DNA of 64,000 nucleotides from an uncultured delta proteobacterium (GTDB taxonomy: Bacteria > Desulfobacterota > Desulfobacteria > Desulfobacterales > JAFDCJ01): assembly GCA_963769935.1 (NCBI GenBank), contig CAVYNY010000015.1:1-64000 (forward strand), given 5' to 3'. Numbering within the stretch: the stretch's first letter is position 1; each line of letters begins with the position of its first letter. The notes below the pieces were generated by a model. The model was not told the DNA's origin and searched no databases. It saw nothing but the letters and a program-made list of their open reading frames with translations. Shown piece after piece: positions 40,992 through 51,225 of the stretch. The position numbers and the translations under genes were made by a program.

Positions 40992-41334
40992 ATGGAAAAG
41001 AAGTATGACAAAAATGTAGATGTAGACAATCTTATTGTGGAAGAGATTCTGGTTTTACTCCAGGAAAAAAGGACCGCCCTCAGAATGGTGCGAATTGGAA
41101 TCGGGGCGATTATCGCCCAGATAACCATCCTCGGTTTTCTGATCGCCACCTCCAAATACTATGAGTGGATGGAGGTTATGCATCTGTGGATTCCGTTTGT
41201 CATTGCTCAACCTGGTCGTGTTGGGGGTTGCCGGCTACTTTATTTTTGGATCGCTCATTTACATACATCGTCTGGATCGCCAGATTCAGAGATACAAAAA
41301 AAGTCATGGCGTAATCTCTAATTTTATGGACTGA
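40992..41334 (+). CDS. Small membrane protein (DUF202-like), frameshift near 41205
   Basis: LLQEKRTALRMVRIG then TM helices; second frame runs to TGA 41334. Confidence 0.55.
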
Positions 41335-41362
41335 AAACCCGGCGGGGTGATGCGGTTCCGAT

Positions 41363-42163
41363 TCACGTTGTCAATTTTTCTGAGGTTGCACGGATTGGTT
41401 TGTGGTTTGGATAAATCTCATGCTGCCGAAGGGAAACAAAAATCAAATAAAGCATTTCAATTTGATTGTTGACGGCTTCGACCAGAATCTTTTCTTCTTG
41501 GTCCAGACATTTTTTGGGGAAAACACAAGCGACCGTAATCATCGAATTATCGCGGCGGGAAGCCACGATACTGTATCCGTCGATCGCCCGGTCGGCAACG
41601 ATGGCTTTGTTGCTGATCCCCTTGATCAAAGAATTCGCATTTTTCCTGGCTTCAAGATGCTCTTTTATCGTTCTTAAGTTGGCTTGACAGATAATTCGGA
41701 TCAAAACCCAGTCAGCATTTACAATTCCCAGCAAATTGCCGGCAAATAAGGCCAGATCGTTTCTAAATTCATTTTCAGTTTTCGGATACCTTCCGAGTCT
41801 GCAAAAAATAGATTGAATTGCTTGAATTTGTATGTTTACCCCACCGATATATTTGAACGCATCGGTAAGCTTGCTCGACAAATCGCAGTTATCTCGGGAT
41901 AATCTGCACGTCTCCTGCCGGTATTTTTTCAATTCTTTTTTATAAATGTCAGATAAAATAAAGGCAATCAAAAGAAGGATGCTGATCAACACCGCTTCCA
42001 CGACATCTTCTTGAATGACATATTTTTTGAACAGCAAAAGATGATGCCTGATAAAAATCGGCGTAAAAACGATCCCCAATAACAGAAACACTATCGTTGC
42101 TATGTAGCTGAATTCAAGAAATTTTGTTTTATCCGCCGCCTTGAATGGTTCCAAAATTCTCAT
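41363..42163 (-). CDS. Hypothetical membrane protein (two N-terminal TMs, coiled coil)
   Basis: 266 aa AT-rich ORF. Confidence 0.7.
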   Translation of the reverse strand: MRILEPFKAADKTKFLEFSYIATIVFLLLGIVFTPIFIRHHLLLFKKYVIQEDVVEAVLISILLLIAFILSDIYKKELKKYRQETCRLSRDNCDLSSKLTDAFKYIGGVNIQIQAIQSIFCRLGRYPKTENEFRNDLALFAGNLLGIVNADWVLIRIICQANLRTIKEHLEARKNANSLIKGISNKAIVADRAIDGYSIVASRRDNSMITVACVFPKKCLDQEEKILVEAVNNQIEMLYLIFVSLRQHEIYPNHKPIRATSEKLTT

Positions 42164-42305
42164 TTATCAAATCCAGCCAGGTTTTATTCAACCTAAAGTT
42201 TTCCTCATAAAGGCCGAGTATAATTATTACCCTCAAGCCCTGGTAAAAGTACCGGGAAAAATTTATCTGGTCAAGATTTTTAAGCTGCAAAAGAGGAGTA
42301 AAAGA

Positions 42306-42578
42306 TTGAAAATCACCCTCATTCTCGCAATTGCCGCCGTGGCAGCGAATATTGCGCTTATATGGTATGCAAAAAAATATAATAAAGCCAAAACCGATGA
42401 AACCTCGGATCCCGAAAATGGATCCTATGCCATTTCGCAAGGATATCTGAATACCCCAGAAGCAAGGCGATTAAGAAAATCAGCAGCCGCTGAGTTGGGT
42501 CTATCGATTAAACAATTGGATCGTATACCTGTCAAGGAAATTAAGCAACTATCCAAGGAGCAGAAATTGATTAATTAG
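42306..42578 (+). CDS. Hypothetical small protein with N-terminal TM
   Basis: GAGGAG RBS before TTG 42306, in frame with ORF 42141..42578. Confidence 0.5.
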   Translation: MKITLILAIAAVAANIALIWYAKKYNKAKTDETSDPENGSYAISQGYLNTPEARRLRKSAAAELGLSIKQLDRIPVKEIKQLSKEQKLIN

Positions 42579-42593
42579 GGTTGCGCCTTGAAC

Positions 42594-42770
42594 TCAAATA
42601 ATCTTCGAGCCCCTTTGCGGCATCTTTTCCGGAATCTCATGCGCCTTATCCAACCGATACCTCATCTCTTTAAACATCGCCGCCGTCTCTTTCAGGAAGC
42701 CCTCAGCCTTGCCCGCCGGGCCCGGACTCCCATATAGTTCTCCCAATAAGAGGTGGGCCATAGATGCAAA
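42594..42770 (-). pseudogene. TPR-like C-terminal gene remnant
   Basis: AHLLLGELYG...KAEGFLKETAAMFKEM resembles a terminal TPR helix pair. Confidence 0.35.
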
Positions 42771-42852
42771 TGTATCATTTTGCTTGCAAATCTTCAATTG
42801 ATAATGATAACAAGCGATTTTTTACCATGAGAGGACATCCTGGAGTCTGCCG

Positions 42853-43782
42853 ATGGGAAACAATAACCAAAGCAGTATGGTATTAGGGACCGTTGCCGCC
42901 GTCTGCGTCGTCTTTTTCTGGTCGGGCTGGATCGTCATCAGCCGGCTCGGGGTGACCCATCATTTGACCGTATACGATGTCACCGGTCTCAGGTACGGCA
43001 TCGGCGCGGTCGTGGCCCTGCCCTATATTGTCTGGTGCCGGGCCTGGCGGGGTCTGACCACCGGCCGGACCCTGGTTCTGACCTTGACCGCCGGTATACC
43101 CTACGCCCTGCTGTCTTATTTCGGACTCTCTTACGCGCCGGCGGCCCACGGCGGGGTGTTCCTGAACGGCTGCCTGCCCGTTTTCACCTCCCTGTTCGCC
43201 TGGATCTGGCTCGGCCAGAAGAGCCGAGCCCCTCAGATTGCAGGTCTGGGCATCATCCTGCTCGGCGTCACGCTGGTCGGTTATGAGGGATTCAGATCTT
43301 CGGGCGGCGGGATGGCCTGGTTGGGTGATTTTCTGTTCCTGGCAGCGATCTCCCTGTTCGCCGTGTTTATGATTGCCAACCGGCTCTGGACCATCACCCC
43401 CGGACAGGTTGTATTTGCAGCGACCATTGTCAGCGCCGTCTTCTATATCCCGGTCTGGCTGCTGTGGCTGGACAGCAACCTGGCGACCGCTCCCGGATCG
43501 GAAATTCTGCTCCAGGGCATTTATCAGGGTCTGGTTCCCAGCGTACTGGGCATATCCTGCCTCAACATCGCCGTTCGCCATATCGGCGCCCACGCAACTT
43601 CAGTCTTTCTTTCGGTCGTGCCCTGCGTGGCAGCCCTGGCGGCCATCCCGATCCTGCACGAGATGCCGGGTCTGCCGGCCTGGCTCGGCATGCTCACGGT
43701 CACCGTCGGCATCCTGCTGGCCCTGGGTATGCTGGGAGGTAAGAAGATAGGAAGTTGGGAAGGTGCGGAAATAAGAAGGTGA
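42853..43782 (+). CDS. DMT/EamA family transporter
   Basis: Ten hydrophobic segments, WSGWIVISR, LRYG, two-fold EamA repeat. Confidence 0.85.
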   Translation: MGNNNQSSMVLGTVAAVCVVFFWSGWIVISRLGVTHHLTVYDVTGLRYGIGAVVALPYIVWCRAWRGLTTGRTLVLTLTAGIPYALLSYFGLSYAPAAHGGVFLNGCLPVFTSLFAWIWLGQKSRAPQIAGLGIILLGVTLVGYEGFRSSGGGMAWLGDFLFLAAISLFAVFMIANRLWTITPGQVVFAATIVSAVFYIPVWLLWLDSNLATAPGSEILLQGIYQGLVPSVLGISCLNIAVRHIGAHATSVFLSVVPCVAALAAIPILHEMPGLPAWLGMLTVTVGILLALGMLGGKKIGSWEGAEIRR

Positions 43783-44002
43783 GAAGTTGAGAAGCTTGGA
43801 AGCCCGGGAAGCTATGAAATGGCGAGCCAGTGTCCCCCCATCAATTTGTGTACCCCGTTAAATTTTTTGCAAAAGACCGCTAAGCGGATTTAACGTGGGC
43901 AATCAAATCAACAAACCCAACGACTCAATCCGCCTCACATTTTAAACAGTATACCCTCTGCCAAGTACCTTTGCACCACAAATCTCGTGTGAAACTACAT
44001 TT

Positions 44003-44213
44003 AGTTTCTTCCACGATCAGACTGGACGCTCGCGGCCAGAGGCGGCGCTTATATGAAAATCCATTTATAGCGACCGATTTCGTAGGGCGGGCCTCCGTGC
44101 CCGCCGAAATGGGTCGGCACGGAGGCCGACCCTACGCCGGCGTCAAACCAAAGTTTCTTTTATGATCAGACCGGCATTTGTTTTGGCCGGCGGCGGCGCT
44201 GACACCTGAAACC
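44003..44213. repeat. Two GATCAGA repeats flanking a GTAG-type REP doublet (44081-44136)
   Basis: cgtagggcgggcctccgtgcccgcc-gaaat-gggtcggcacggaggccgaccctacg. Confidence 0.75.
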
Positions 44214-44246
44214 TTCATCCAACACTAAACACCAAAAAACAAAACA

Positions 44247-45461
44247 CTATTTATTCTCCCCCGCGCCCTCATCCGCATACATGCGCCCCGCTTCGGCCCG
44301 ATTGCCGATAATGGCTTTGACAATGAGAAAATTATTCGGTGGACAGCCCTTGACATGCCGCGCCGTCTTTTTTTCTTTCATGCACAATCCCACCGTGACA
44401 ATGTCTTCCGGGGCCACATCGGCCGGCAGCGGCGCGTCGCCCGTGACCACGGCAACCCCCGGCAGGTACATGAGCTGGTCGGCATTGCGCATGTCGATCA
44501 GGGCGCTCATTACCGTATTGCGGCAACCCGTGCAGGCCGCCTCACCGTGAATCAGCCGAAAGCCCTCCAGCTGCACCGGTTCATCCTCGATGGAGCGCAG
44601 AAAACGGCGTTTGACATTTTGCAGCTTCTCGCCTTTGATTGCGATCTTTGCGGGATCCATCACTCCCAGGCCCCGGGCAGCGGCATTGACCGTCAGCAGT
44701 GTTTCCTTGGGCTCGTAGCCGATGAGACGGGCACAAACCGAATCAACGGCTACCAGATCTTTGCCTGCCAGCACCAAATTCATTTCCACGGGTTTGCCGA
44801 ACACCGGCCCGACTCCTTCCTGGCAGACAATCGCGTCAACCACCGCCAACCGCGGTTTGACAGCCGCCAGCAGGTCGATGACGCCTTCGAAGAGACCCTG
44901 CTGGTGCATGGCCTTCTTGTTTTTATCGGTCAGCAACCCTTTGAGTTTTTTGATGGAACAGGTCATTTCGGTCTGGTCATGGGTTTTGAGCTTGGGCACA
45001 CTGATGATCACATCCGCCTGTTGCACGAGGTCCCAGGTTTCGATGCTTTCAAACACCTTGGCATTTTCAACCGGCATTTGAACGGTCGTTTTAAGCGACT
45101 TTAAATCAATGACTTCATAGCCCATCTCCCGCAATTCCCGATACCCCGACTCCTGGACGACCTTTTCCGAATTGACCCCCACCGCGGAAGACTCGGCAAT
45201 CACCGGCCGTGCGCCGATATCTTTGACAATATCCGCAACTGCCCGGGTTACCTCGGGAATGGTAATGCAGCCCGCCTCCCGCTCCACCGGCGGGGCAACC
45301 CAACTGGGGTTGATCAGAACCAGGTCCTCAGGTTTGACGATATCGCGGATCCCGCCGATGAGATCCAGCGCCTGCTGCACGGCGCGGCGAATTTCATCAT
45401 ATTCCGGCCGCGGTTTGGTTTTGACGATGGAAACCTCTGCTTTTTTGTTGTCCAAGGGCAT
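44247..45461 (-). CDS. DUF362 domain Fe-S protein
   Basis: VPKLKTH, C-terminal ACTGC, GLC and GCPP. Confidence 0.85.
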   Translation of the reverse strand: MPLDNKKAEVSIVKTKPRPEYDEIRRAVQQALDLIGGIRDIVKPEDLVLINPSWVAPPVEREAGCITIPEVTRAVADIVKDIGARPVIAESSAVGVNSEKVVQESGYRELREMGYEVIDLKSLKTTVQMPVENAKVFESIETWDLVQQADVIISVPKLKTHDQTEMTCSIKKLKGLLTDKNKKAMHQQGLFEGVIDLLAAVKPRLAVVDAIVCQEGVGPVFGKPVEMNLVLAGKDLVAVDSVCARLIGYEPKETLLTVNAAARGLGVMDPAKIAIKGEKLQNVKRRFLRSIEDEPVQLEGFRLIHGEAACTGCRNTVMSALIDMRNADQLMYLPGVAVVTGDAPLPADVAPEDIVTVGLCMKEKKTARHVKGCPPNNFLIVKAIIGNRAEAGRMYADEGAGENK

Positions 45462-45496
45462 GGGAAGTACTCCTTGCTTGATTTGATCATTGGTTA

Positions 45497-46399
45497 TTAG
45501 CTATGGGTTAACCCGTATTTCTCAATATTCCTATCTGCCAGGGCCTGCAGTTTTTCTATTTCAGACTGCCCCTGCTCGCTTTTAAATAGATGGCTGTAGC
45601 GTTTTTGCAGTTTCAGATACTCGGCTACGGGGATTTTCTTTTTTATCTTGCGCACAGCGGTGACGGCATTGTTTTGCTTTTCGAACAGCGGCACCAGCCC
45701 GCAGTTGACGCCCATGCGCCCGATCTCCAGGGTCAGATGCGACGCAAAGCTCCAGACGGACGGACAGGGCGTATCGATTTGGATGTAGCGCGGACCATGG
45801 CAACTCATGGCGGTTTTTACTTTTTTCTTCAAATCCCGCAGATAGGCCACCGAAGCGGTGGCGACATAATCGATGCCATGGGCCGCCACAATCTCAGGCA
45901 GATCCTTCTTCATTTCGGCTTTGCCCAGGGACTGCCGGCCGGCCGGAGCGGTCGTGGTGGACGCCCGCACGGGAGTGGCCGCACTGCGCTGCCCGCCGGT
46001 ATTCATATAAGCACCGTTGTCCACACAGATGTACAGAACGTCGTCGCCGCGCTCCAGCATGCCGGACAGGGCGCCGAAACCGATGTCAAAGGTTCCGCCG
46101 TCCCCGCCGATAGCTATCACCCGGGTATCGGCCCGACCTTGGGCCCGCAGGGCGGCCAGTACGCCGGTTGCCACCGCCGGGGCGTTTTCAAACACGTGGT
46201 GTATCCAGGGCACTCGCCAGGGAGAATACCCATAAGGCGAAGAAAACGTCTCCAGGCAGCCGGTCGGTGAAACCACAATCACATTTTCTCCGGTGGCTTC
46301 CAGTATATGGCGGACTGCCAGCGGCATGCCACAGCCATGGCAGGCCCTGTGCCCGGAAACAAAGAGGGATTCTTGTTCGGTATTTGTTGCTTTATTCAT
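45497..46399 (-). CDS. porB: 2-oxoacid:ferredoxin oxidoreductase beta (TPP) subunit
   Basis: GHRACHGCG, GGDGGTFDIG, YMNTGGQRS, PCP. Confidence 0.9.
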   Translation of the reverse strand: MNKATNTEQESLFVSGHRACHGCGMPLAVRHILEATGENVIVVSPTGCLETFSSPYGYSPWRVPWIHHVFENAPAVATGVLAALRAQGRADTRVIAIGGDGGTFDIGFGALSGMLERGDDVLYICVDNGAYMNTGGQRSAATPVRASTTTAPAGRQSLGKAEMKKDLPEIVAAHGIDYVATASVAYLRDLKKKVKTAMSCHGPRYIQIDTPCPSVWSFASHLTLEIGRMGVNCGLVPLFEKQNNAVTAVRKIKKKIPVAEYLKLQKRYSHLFKSEQGQSEIEKLQALADRNIEKYGLTHS

Positions 46400-46497
46400 A
46401 TTTTTCTCCCGATTCAATTGGATCCTCGCGGATCGGGGATCATCCTAACAGGTGTCAGTTTGAATACTTATACCACCATCGTAGTCATCAAGTTATA

Positions 46498-46744
46498 AAA
46501 ATCCCAAATTCCAAGCTCCAAATAACAAATACATTCCAAATCGCAATAACCAATGACCAAAACAGGTCTATCAATGGAAGTAAATCATAATTATTTTCTC
46601 GTGTTTTAAAACTTCTGTGCCTTCGTGATAAGGAATCGCGTAGTTATCTGAAGCGATAACCAAAAATAATTTAATTCCGTTTGGAGCTTTGTATTTGGGT
46701 CATTGCGATTTGTTTGTAATTTGGAATTTGTTATTTGAGATTTT
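46498..46744. repeat. Inverted pair of heptamer-like (AAATYCC) arrays between porA and porB
   Basis: 46498-46563 is complementary to 46679-46744; related to 61536-61750. Confidence 0.7.
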
Positions 46745-46834
46745 CAAGCTGCTGATACTTGAAACCTCATTCTTTCCGGCACATTGGTAATGGCCGCCAA
46801 GTCGCGAGATTGAGCCTCCCCGCATCCCAGCCTT

Positions 46835-48025
46835 TTAGGGTAATATCGCCGGATTCAGGTCCACCCATTCGGCCTCGGGCAGCGGCTGTCCTGTGCGGGC
46901 AATCTCTTCGGCCCGATCAACCAGCCGGCCGATGGTGCCGGCGTTGATTTCCCGCCCGCCGAGTCCGGCGATAAAATCAATTACCAGGGGCGCACCCGGC
47001 CGTCCGCAAAGTTTGGCTTTCAGATCCAAACCGATCGCGCCTTCGCTGCCCATGGACAGATTGGCATCCATGACGGCCAGCACCCGTGCGTTTTTGACGG
47101 CCTGCAGAATCTCTTCATGGGGAAACGGCCGGTAGCAGCGGATCTTAACCAGGCCGACATTTTTGCCGGCGCTCCGCATATCGTCTACCGCATCTTTGAT
47201 TGTTCCCGTCACGGAACCCACGGCGACCAGAATGACATCCGCATCGCCGGTCCGGTAAGCTTCCACCAGCCCGCTGTTATCACGCCCGGTCAATTCGGAC
47301 ACTTCATTCAGAATTGCTTTAATGCGGGGTTTCTGCTCCACCATGGCCTGGTGAATCGCATACTTGAACTCCATCATGACATCGGCCTCCGCATAGGAGC
47401 CCCAGCTCTTGGGATCGGTCGGATCCAGAAAGTGCTCCGGCTTGAAAGGCGGCAGGAATTTATCCACCTCGGCCTGATCGACATAGGTCACCCGCTCATA
47501 AGAGTGTGTCAGCACCCAGCCGTCCATGCAAACCATGACCGGCAGCATGATTTTGGAGTCCTCGGCAATCTTGAAGGCCGCCAGATGCATATCGTAGGCC
47601 TCCTGGGAGCTTTCGACGTAAAACTGAATCAGCCCGGCATCTCTCAAAGACATGGTGTCCTGGTGATCGACCTGAATATTGATCGGCGCCGAAATCGATC
47701 GGTTTACGCCGGTAATCACAAACGGCAGCCGCATGCCCGCACTGGCATAGAGTACCTCGGCCATCAGGAGCAGGCCCTGAGAGGAAGAGGCCGTATAACC
47801 GCGGCTGCCCGCGGCCGAGGCGCCCGACACCACACTGGCGGCCGAAAACTCGGACTCAACCCTGATATATTCGCTTTTGAGTTCACCATCGGCCACCATC
47901 CGGGCCAGCGCTTCGACGATGTGGGTCTGGGGGCTGATGGGAAACGCCGAAATCACGTGCGGCCGGCAGGAACTAACCGCCCGAGCCACCGCCTCGGAAC
48001 CTTCCACAACTTGAATGTTCTCCAT
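46835..48025 (-). CDS. porA: 2-oxoacid:ferredoxin oxidoreductase alpha subunit
   Basis: FPISPQTHIVE, VESEFSA, SSQGL, RPFP, GLGGRE. Confidence 0.92.
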   Translation of the reverse strand: MENIQVVEGSEAVARAVSSCRPHVISAFPISPQTHIVEALARMVADGELKSEYIRVESEFSAASVVSGASAAGSRGYTASSSQGLLLMAEVLYASAGMRLPFVITGVNRSISAPINIQVDHQDTMSLRDAGLIQFYVESSQEAYDMHLAAFKIAEDSKIMLPVMVCMDGWVLTHSYERVTYVDQAEVDKFLPPFKPEHFLDPTDPKSWGSYAEADVMMEFKYAIHQAMVEQKPRIKAILNEVSELTGRDNSGLVEAYRTGDADVILVAVGSVTGTIKDAVDDMRSAGKNVGLVKIRCYRPFPHEEILQAVKNARVLAVMDANLSMGSEGAIGLDLKAKLCGRPGAPLVIDFIAGLGGREINAGTIGRLVDRAEEIARTGQPLPEAEWVDLNPAILP

Positions 48026-48028
48026 GAC

Positions 48029-48286
48029 TTACTTATCCTCCGGAACCATTTCGATGGCATTGGCCGTGCATTCATACGCGCAGATGCCGCAGCCCTTGCA
48101 GAAATCATAATCGATGACATATTGGTCGTTGATGACGCGGACGGCATCATCCGGGCAAACCTCTTGGCAGATACCGCACTGTTTGCAAGTTTCCTGGTCG
48201 ATGACTGGACGTTGATCCCGCCAGTCGCCGGTTTTATATTTTAAAGAGCTGCCGCCCTTGACAACCGCACCTTGAGTGATTTTCAT
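48029..48286 (-). CDS. porD: 2-oxoacid:ferredoxin oxidoreductase delta subunit (2x4Fe-4S)
   Basis: TGDWR, CKQCGICQEVCP, CKGCGICAYEC. Confidence 0.92.
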   Translation of the reverse strand: MKITQGAVVKGGSSLKYKTGDWRDQRPVIDQETCKQCGICQEVCPDDAVRVINDQYVIDYDFCKGCGICAYECTANAIEMVPEDK

Positions 48287-48834
48287 GATACCTCCCCGAC
48301 AAATGCAAGATAACTTTCCTTCACAACCCGGGCGTTTTTCTCGCCGAGTTCGCCCGGAAACTTACTTTGAACCGCCTTCAACACGGCTTCCAGGGACAGC
48401 TCCCGGCTTAAGCCGGCAAACACCCCCAGCAGCGCCGTATTGATGATCGGACGGCCCAGAATACGCCGGGCCAGATTATCGGCCGAGATCGCAAACGCAT
48501 TGGGGTGCTGGATGCCCAGCTCACGGACATCCTTGTCCGTGTTGATCAGTATGGCCCCGCCCGGTTTCAGCCCGTGCTCGACGTCCACCTCTTTTTGGAT
48601 GGTTGCATCCTGAACGATGACGTAATCGGGCTCGTGAATGTGGCTGCGAACCCGGATGGGCCCGTCACTGAGGCGGCAAAAGGCCACGATCGGTTTACCC
48701 CGCCGTTCGCCGCCGCCGCCTAAAAAAGGGAAGGCCTGGCCGTATTTGCCGTCCTCCAGGGCTGCAATCGCCATAAACTGGGCCAGCACCAGAGAGCCCT
48801 GCCCGCCCCTGCCGTGGATGCGAATTTCTTTCAT
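48283..48834 (-). CDS. porC: 2-oxoacid:ferredoxin oxidoreductase gamma subunit
   Basis: EIRIHGRGGQG, ERRG-P. Confidence 0.92.
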   Translation of the reverse strand: MKEIRIHGRGGQGSLVLAQFMAIAALEDGKYGQAFPFLGGGGERRGKPIVAFCRLSDGPIRVRSHIHEPDYVIVQDATIQKEVDVEHGLKPGGAILINTDKDVRELGIQHPNAFAISADNLARRILGRPIINTALLGVFAGLSRELSLEAVLKAVQSKFPGELGEKNARVVKESYLAFVGEVS

Positions 48835-48891
48835 ATGGATTTGCCTTTTTTTTTGCTTATACACCAATGCGAAGATTTAATTAATATCATA

Positions 48892-49944
48892 TTAGACAAC
48901 TGCCGGCAAGGCAACGTCCAGCTTCTCGGCCCAGGGTTCCAGCAAAGGCATGATGGTCGGCGACAATTCGATCCCGTTGGCCAGATACTTCCGGCGCAGG
49001 GCCAATCCATGCCGGCCGGGCAGTCGTACGCCCGTCCCGTCGGGTGGACTTGCGGCGTTGCGGCAGGCTGCCGCCAACCAACCGGACTCCCGTTTAAATT
49101 TCGCCAAGCCTCCGAAAGCCGCTGGATCGATGATTTGCATAAAAACGGACGCACCCCAGCGCTCCGGCCCGTCGGCGCGGCCGAACCCTCCCAGGCTCGC
49201 CGTCAGCGCTTCGACCAGCAATCCCAGCGCAAAACCTTTGTGCCCCGATTCCAATCCGCCCAGAGGTAGAATGGCCCCCGGCGGATCGGTGAAAAGAACC
49301 GCCGGATCGCTGCTGCCGCGACCCTGATTATCGACCAGCCATTCATGGGGCAAGTGCTGCCCGGCCTCATAAAGCCGGGTGGTCAGGCCGTTGGTGGTCG
49401 TGGAGGCGCTGATATCGATCAAGATCGGTTCGCCGTCGGTAGGAAAACCGGCCGCGATTGGATTCGGCGTGTAAACCGGCGTACACCCTCCGTACGGCGT
49501 TACCGACCCGCAGCTGGGATCCGACGACATCAGCAGCATCACAAGCCCGCGATCCGTCGCCCGTTTGAGATAGGCCTGCAGGCAGGCAATGTGATGGCTG
49601 CGCCGGATAACCACCGTCATGACCGGATGCACGCTAATTCGTTCAAATGCCAGTTCCATGGCGCGGGTAACCAACCAGGGGCCCGGCAAATAATCGCCGT
49701 CCCAGGTGACCGCCGCGCCGCGATCCTGCAGTACTTTGGGCTCGCCGGTCGCGGCCATGCCGCTCTCACCGAGCTCTTTCAGATAGGCAGCCAGCAGCTG
49801 CAAGCCATGGGTGGTATGCCCCATCAGATCGCCTTCCACCAGAATATCGGCGACCACGGCCGCCCGTTCGGACGGCAGATCCAATTTTTCCAACAGCGAT
49901 TTAGCGAAGGCGATCAGCTCGCCGGCTTCATAGCGTATACCCAT
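48892..49944 (-). CDS. Ldh_2 family (malate/L-lactate/sulfolactate-type) oxidoreductase
   Basis: GHTTHG, SHH, PNPIAAG, GHKGFAL, RLPG. Confidence 0.9.
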   Translation of the reverse strand: MGIRYEAGELIAFAKSLLEKLDLPSERAAVVADILVEGDLMGHTTHGLQLLAAYLKELGESGMAATGEPKVLQDRGAAVTWDGDYLPGPWLVTRAMELAFERISVHPVMTVVIRRSHHIACLQAYLKRATDRGLVMLLMSSDPSCGSVTPYGGCTPVYTPNPIAAGFPTDGEPILIDISASTTTNGLTTRLYEAGQHLPHEWLVDNQGRGSSDPAVLFTDPPGAILPLGGLESGHKGFALGLLVEALTASLGGFGRADGPERWGASVFMQIIDPAAFGGLAKFKRESGWLAAACRNAASPPDGTGVRLPGRHGLALRRKYLANGIELSPTIMPLLEPWAEKLDVALPAVV

Positions 49945-49968
49945 TTCTTGCTCCTTTGGGGGGGTAAT

Positions 49969-50253
49969 GGTTCTGCGTTCAGGGTTCAGAAGTTCAGGGT
50001 TTAAGGTTTAAGGTCAAAGGTTAAAGGCTACCAGGCTGTGATATTTTCCGATTGGTTACCTCGATTATAGATTATTGCCTGACCGAGTTCATCGCGGTTA
50101 AAAACCGCTCCCACGTGGTTTTTAAACTGTTATGAGGTTCTAAAATGGAGTTTTTTCACTATGAGCTATCAGCTATGAGCTTTTTTTTGACACCTGAAAC
50201 CTTTATCCTTTAACCTTTTACCTTTATCCTTCAACCCTGAACCTCTGAACCCT
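49969..50253. repeat. Inverted heptamer arrays (GGTTCAG/AAGGTTT vs CTGAACC/CCTTTAT) enclosing a REP-like hairpin
   Basis: Left array ~49969-50028, right array ~50200-50253, atcgcggttaaaaaccgctcccac inside. Confidence 0.65.
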
Positions 50254-50280
50254 GCTTGTGAGGGCGAAGCCCCAAACCTT

Positions 50281-51070
50281 TCAACCTTCTGAAATCACTT
50301 TCCTCAGTTTATCCCCGTTGGTCTTCCACCAGTTGAACAAAATTGAGAGGTCCGTCGCGAGGTTGAAATGGCGCACTCCCAGATCGAGATAGTATCTGGC
50401 CTCATCGACGCTGTTGATCTCGGCCCGCGCCGGGACGCCCATGTTAAGAGCCGTTTCAAATACCCGGCGTTCGACCGCTCTCACTTCCGGCGAGTTTCTG
50501 GCACCCGGCCGACCGATGCTCATGGAATAGTCCACCGGTCCCCATTGAATCATATCAATGCCCTTGACCGCAAGGATTTCCTCCAATCGTTCAACCGCCG
50601 GATGACTTTTCGATCATGATCATCACGATAACATCTCTGAGCGCCTGAACGTAGTCGCCCGATCCACCGTAGCCCATATATGCGAAACGCCGCATCCCGA
50701 CACCATGTATACCGCCGTCCGCGGGTGTTTCGGGGCGCACAATGTCTACACACTGCTTTACATCATCAACCGTCCGGCAATCGGCAAACAAGACGCCCTG
50801 AAAACCGGCCCCGATACCGCGCTGGGCCAGAAAGCCCCGCGGCTCCTGATCGATCTTGATGATGGCGGACAGGTCATGCAACTCGGCCGCCCGGCAAAAG
50901 TTATCCAGCGCATACAAATCAAACGGGGCATATTCGGCCAGAAACTCAACGTAGTCAAACATACCGGTGTGCCCGACAGCCTCCACCACCGAAGGCCAGG
51001 AGCTGTGAACCCGGGTGCCGATAGACGGTTGGCCGTCCCGCAACAGCTTGCGCAGTTTATTGGGTCGCAT
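50281..51070 (-). CDS. HpcH/HpaI aldolase family protein, frameshift near 50595
   Basis: FDYVEFLAEYAP, MIE, GIDMIQWGPVDYSMSIG. Confidence 0.85.
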
Positions 51071-51225
51071 TTGCTTTACCTCCAGACATAAACCGGATCG
51101 ATAACCGAAAAAAAGGCTAATTCATAAAATAGCTCGGACTTTCAGGAGTGTTGGAGTGTTGGATAAAAGGCATCAATCCGCCGACCAGGACTCCCTTGCT
51201 CCAGTACTCCGATTTTTATTTGAAG

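Noticed and set aside
46452..46495. Possible IS terminus (ggtgtcagtttgaat)
   Set aside because: No partner inverted end or transposase fragment found in the window
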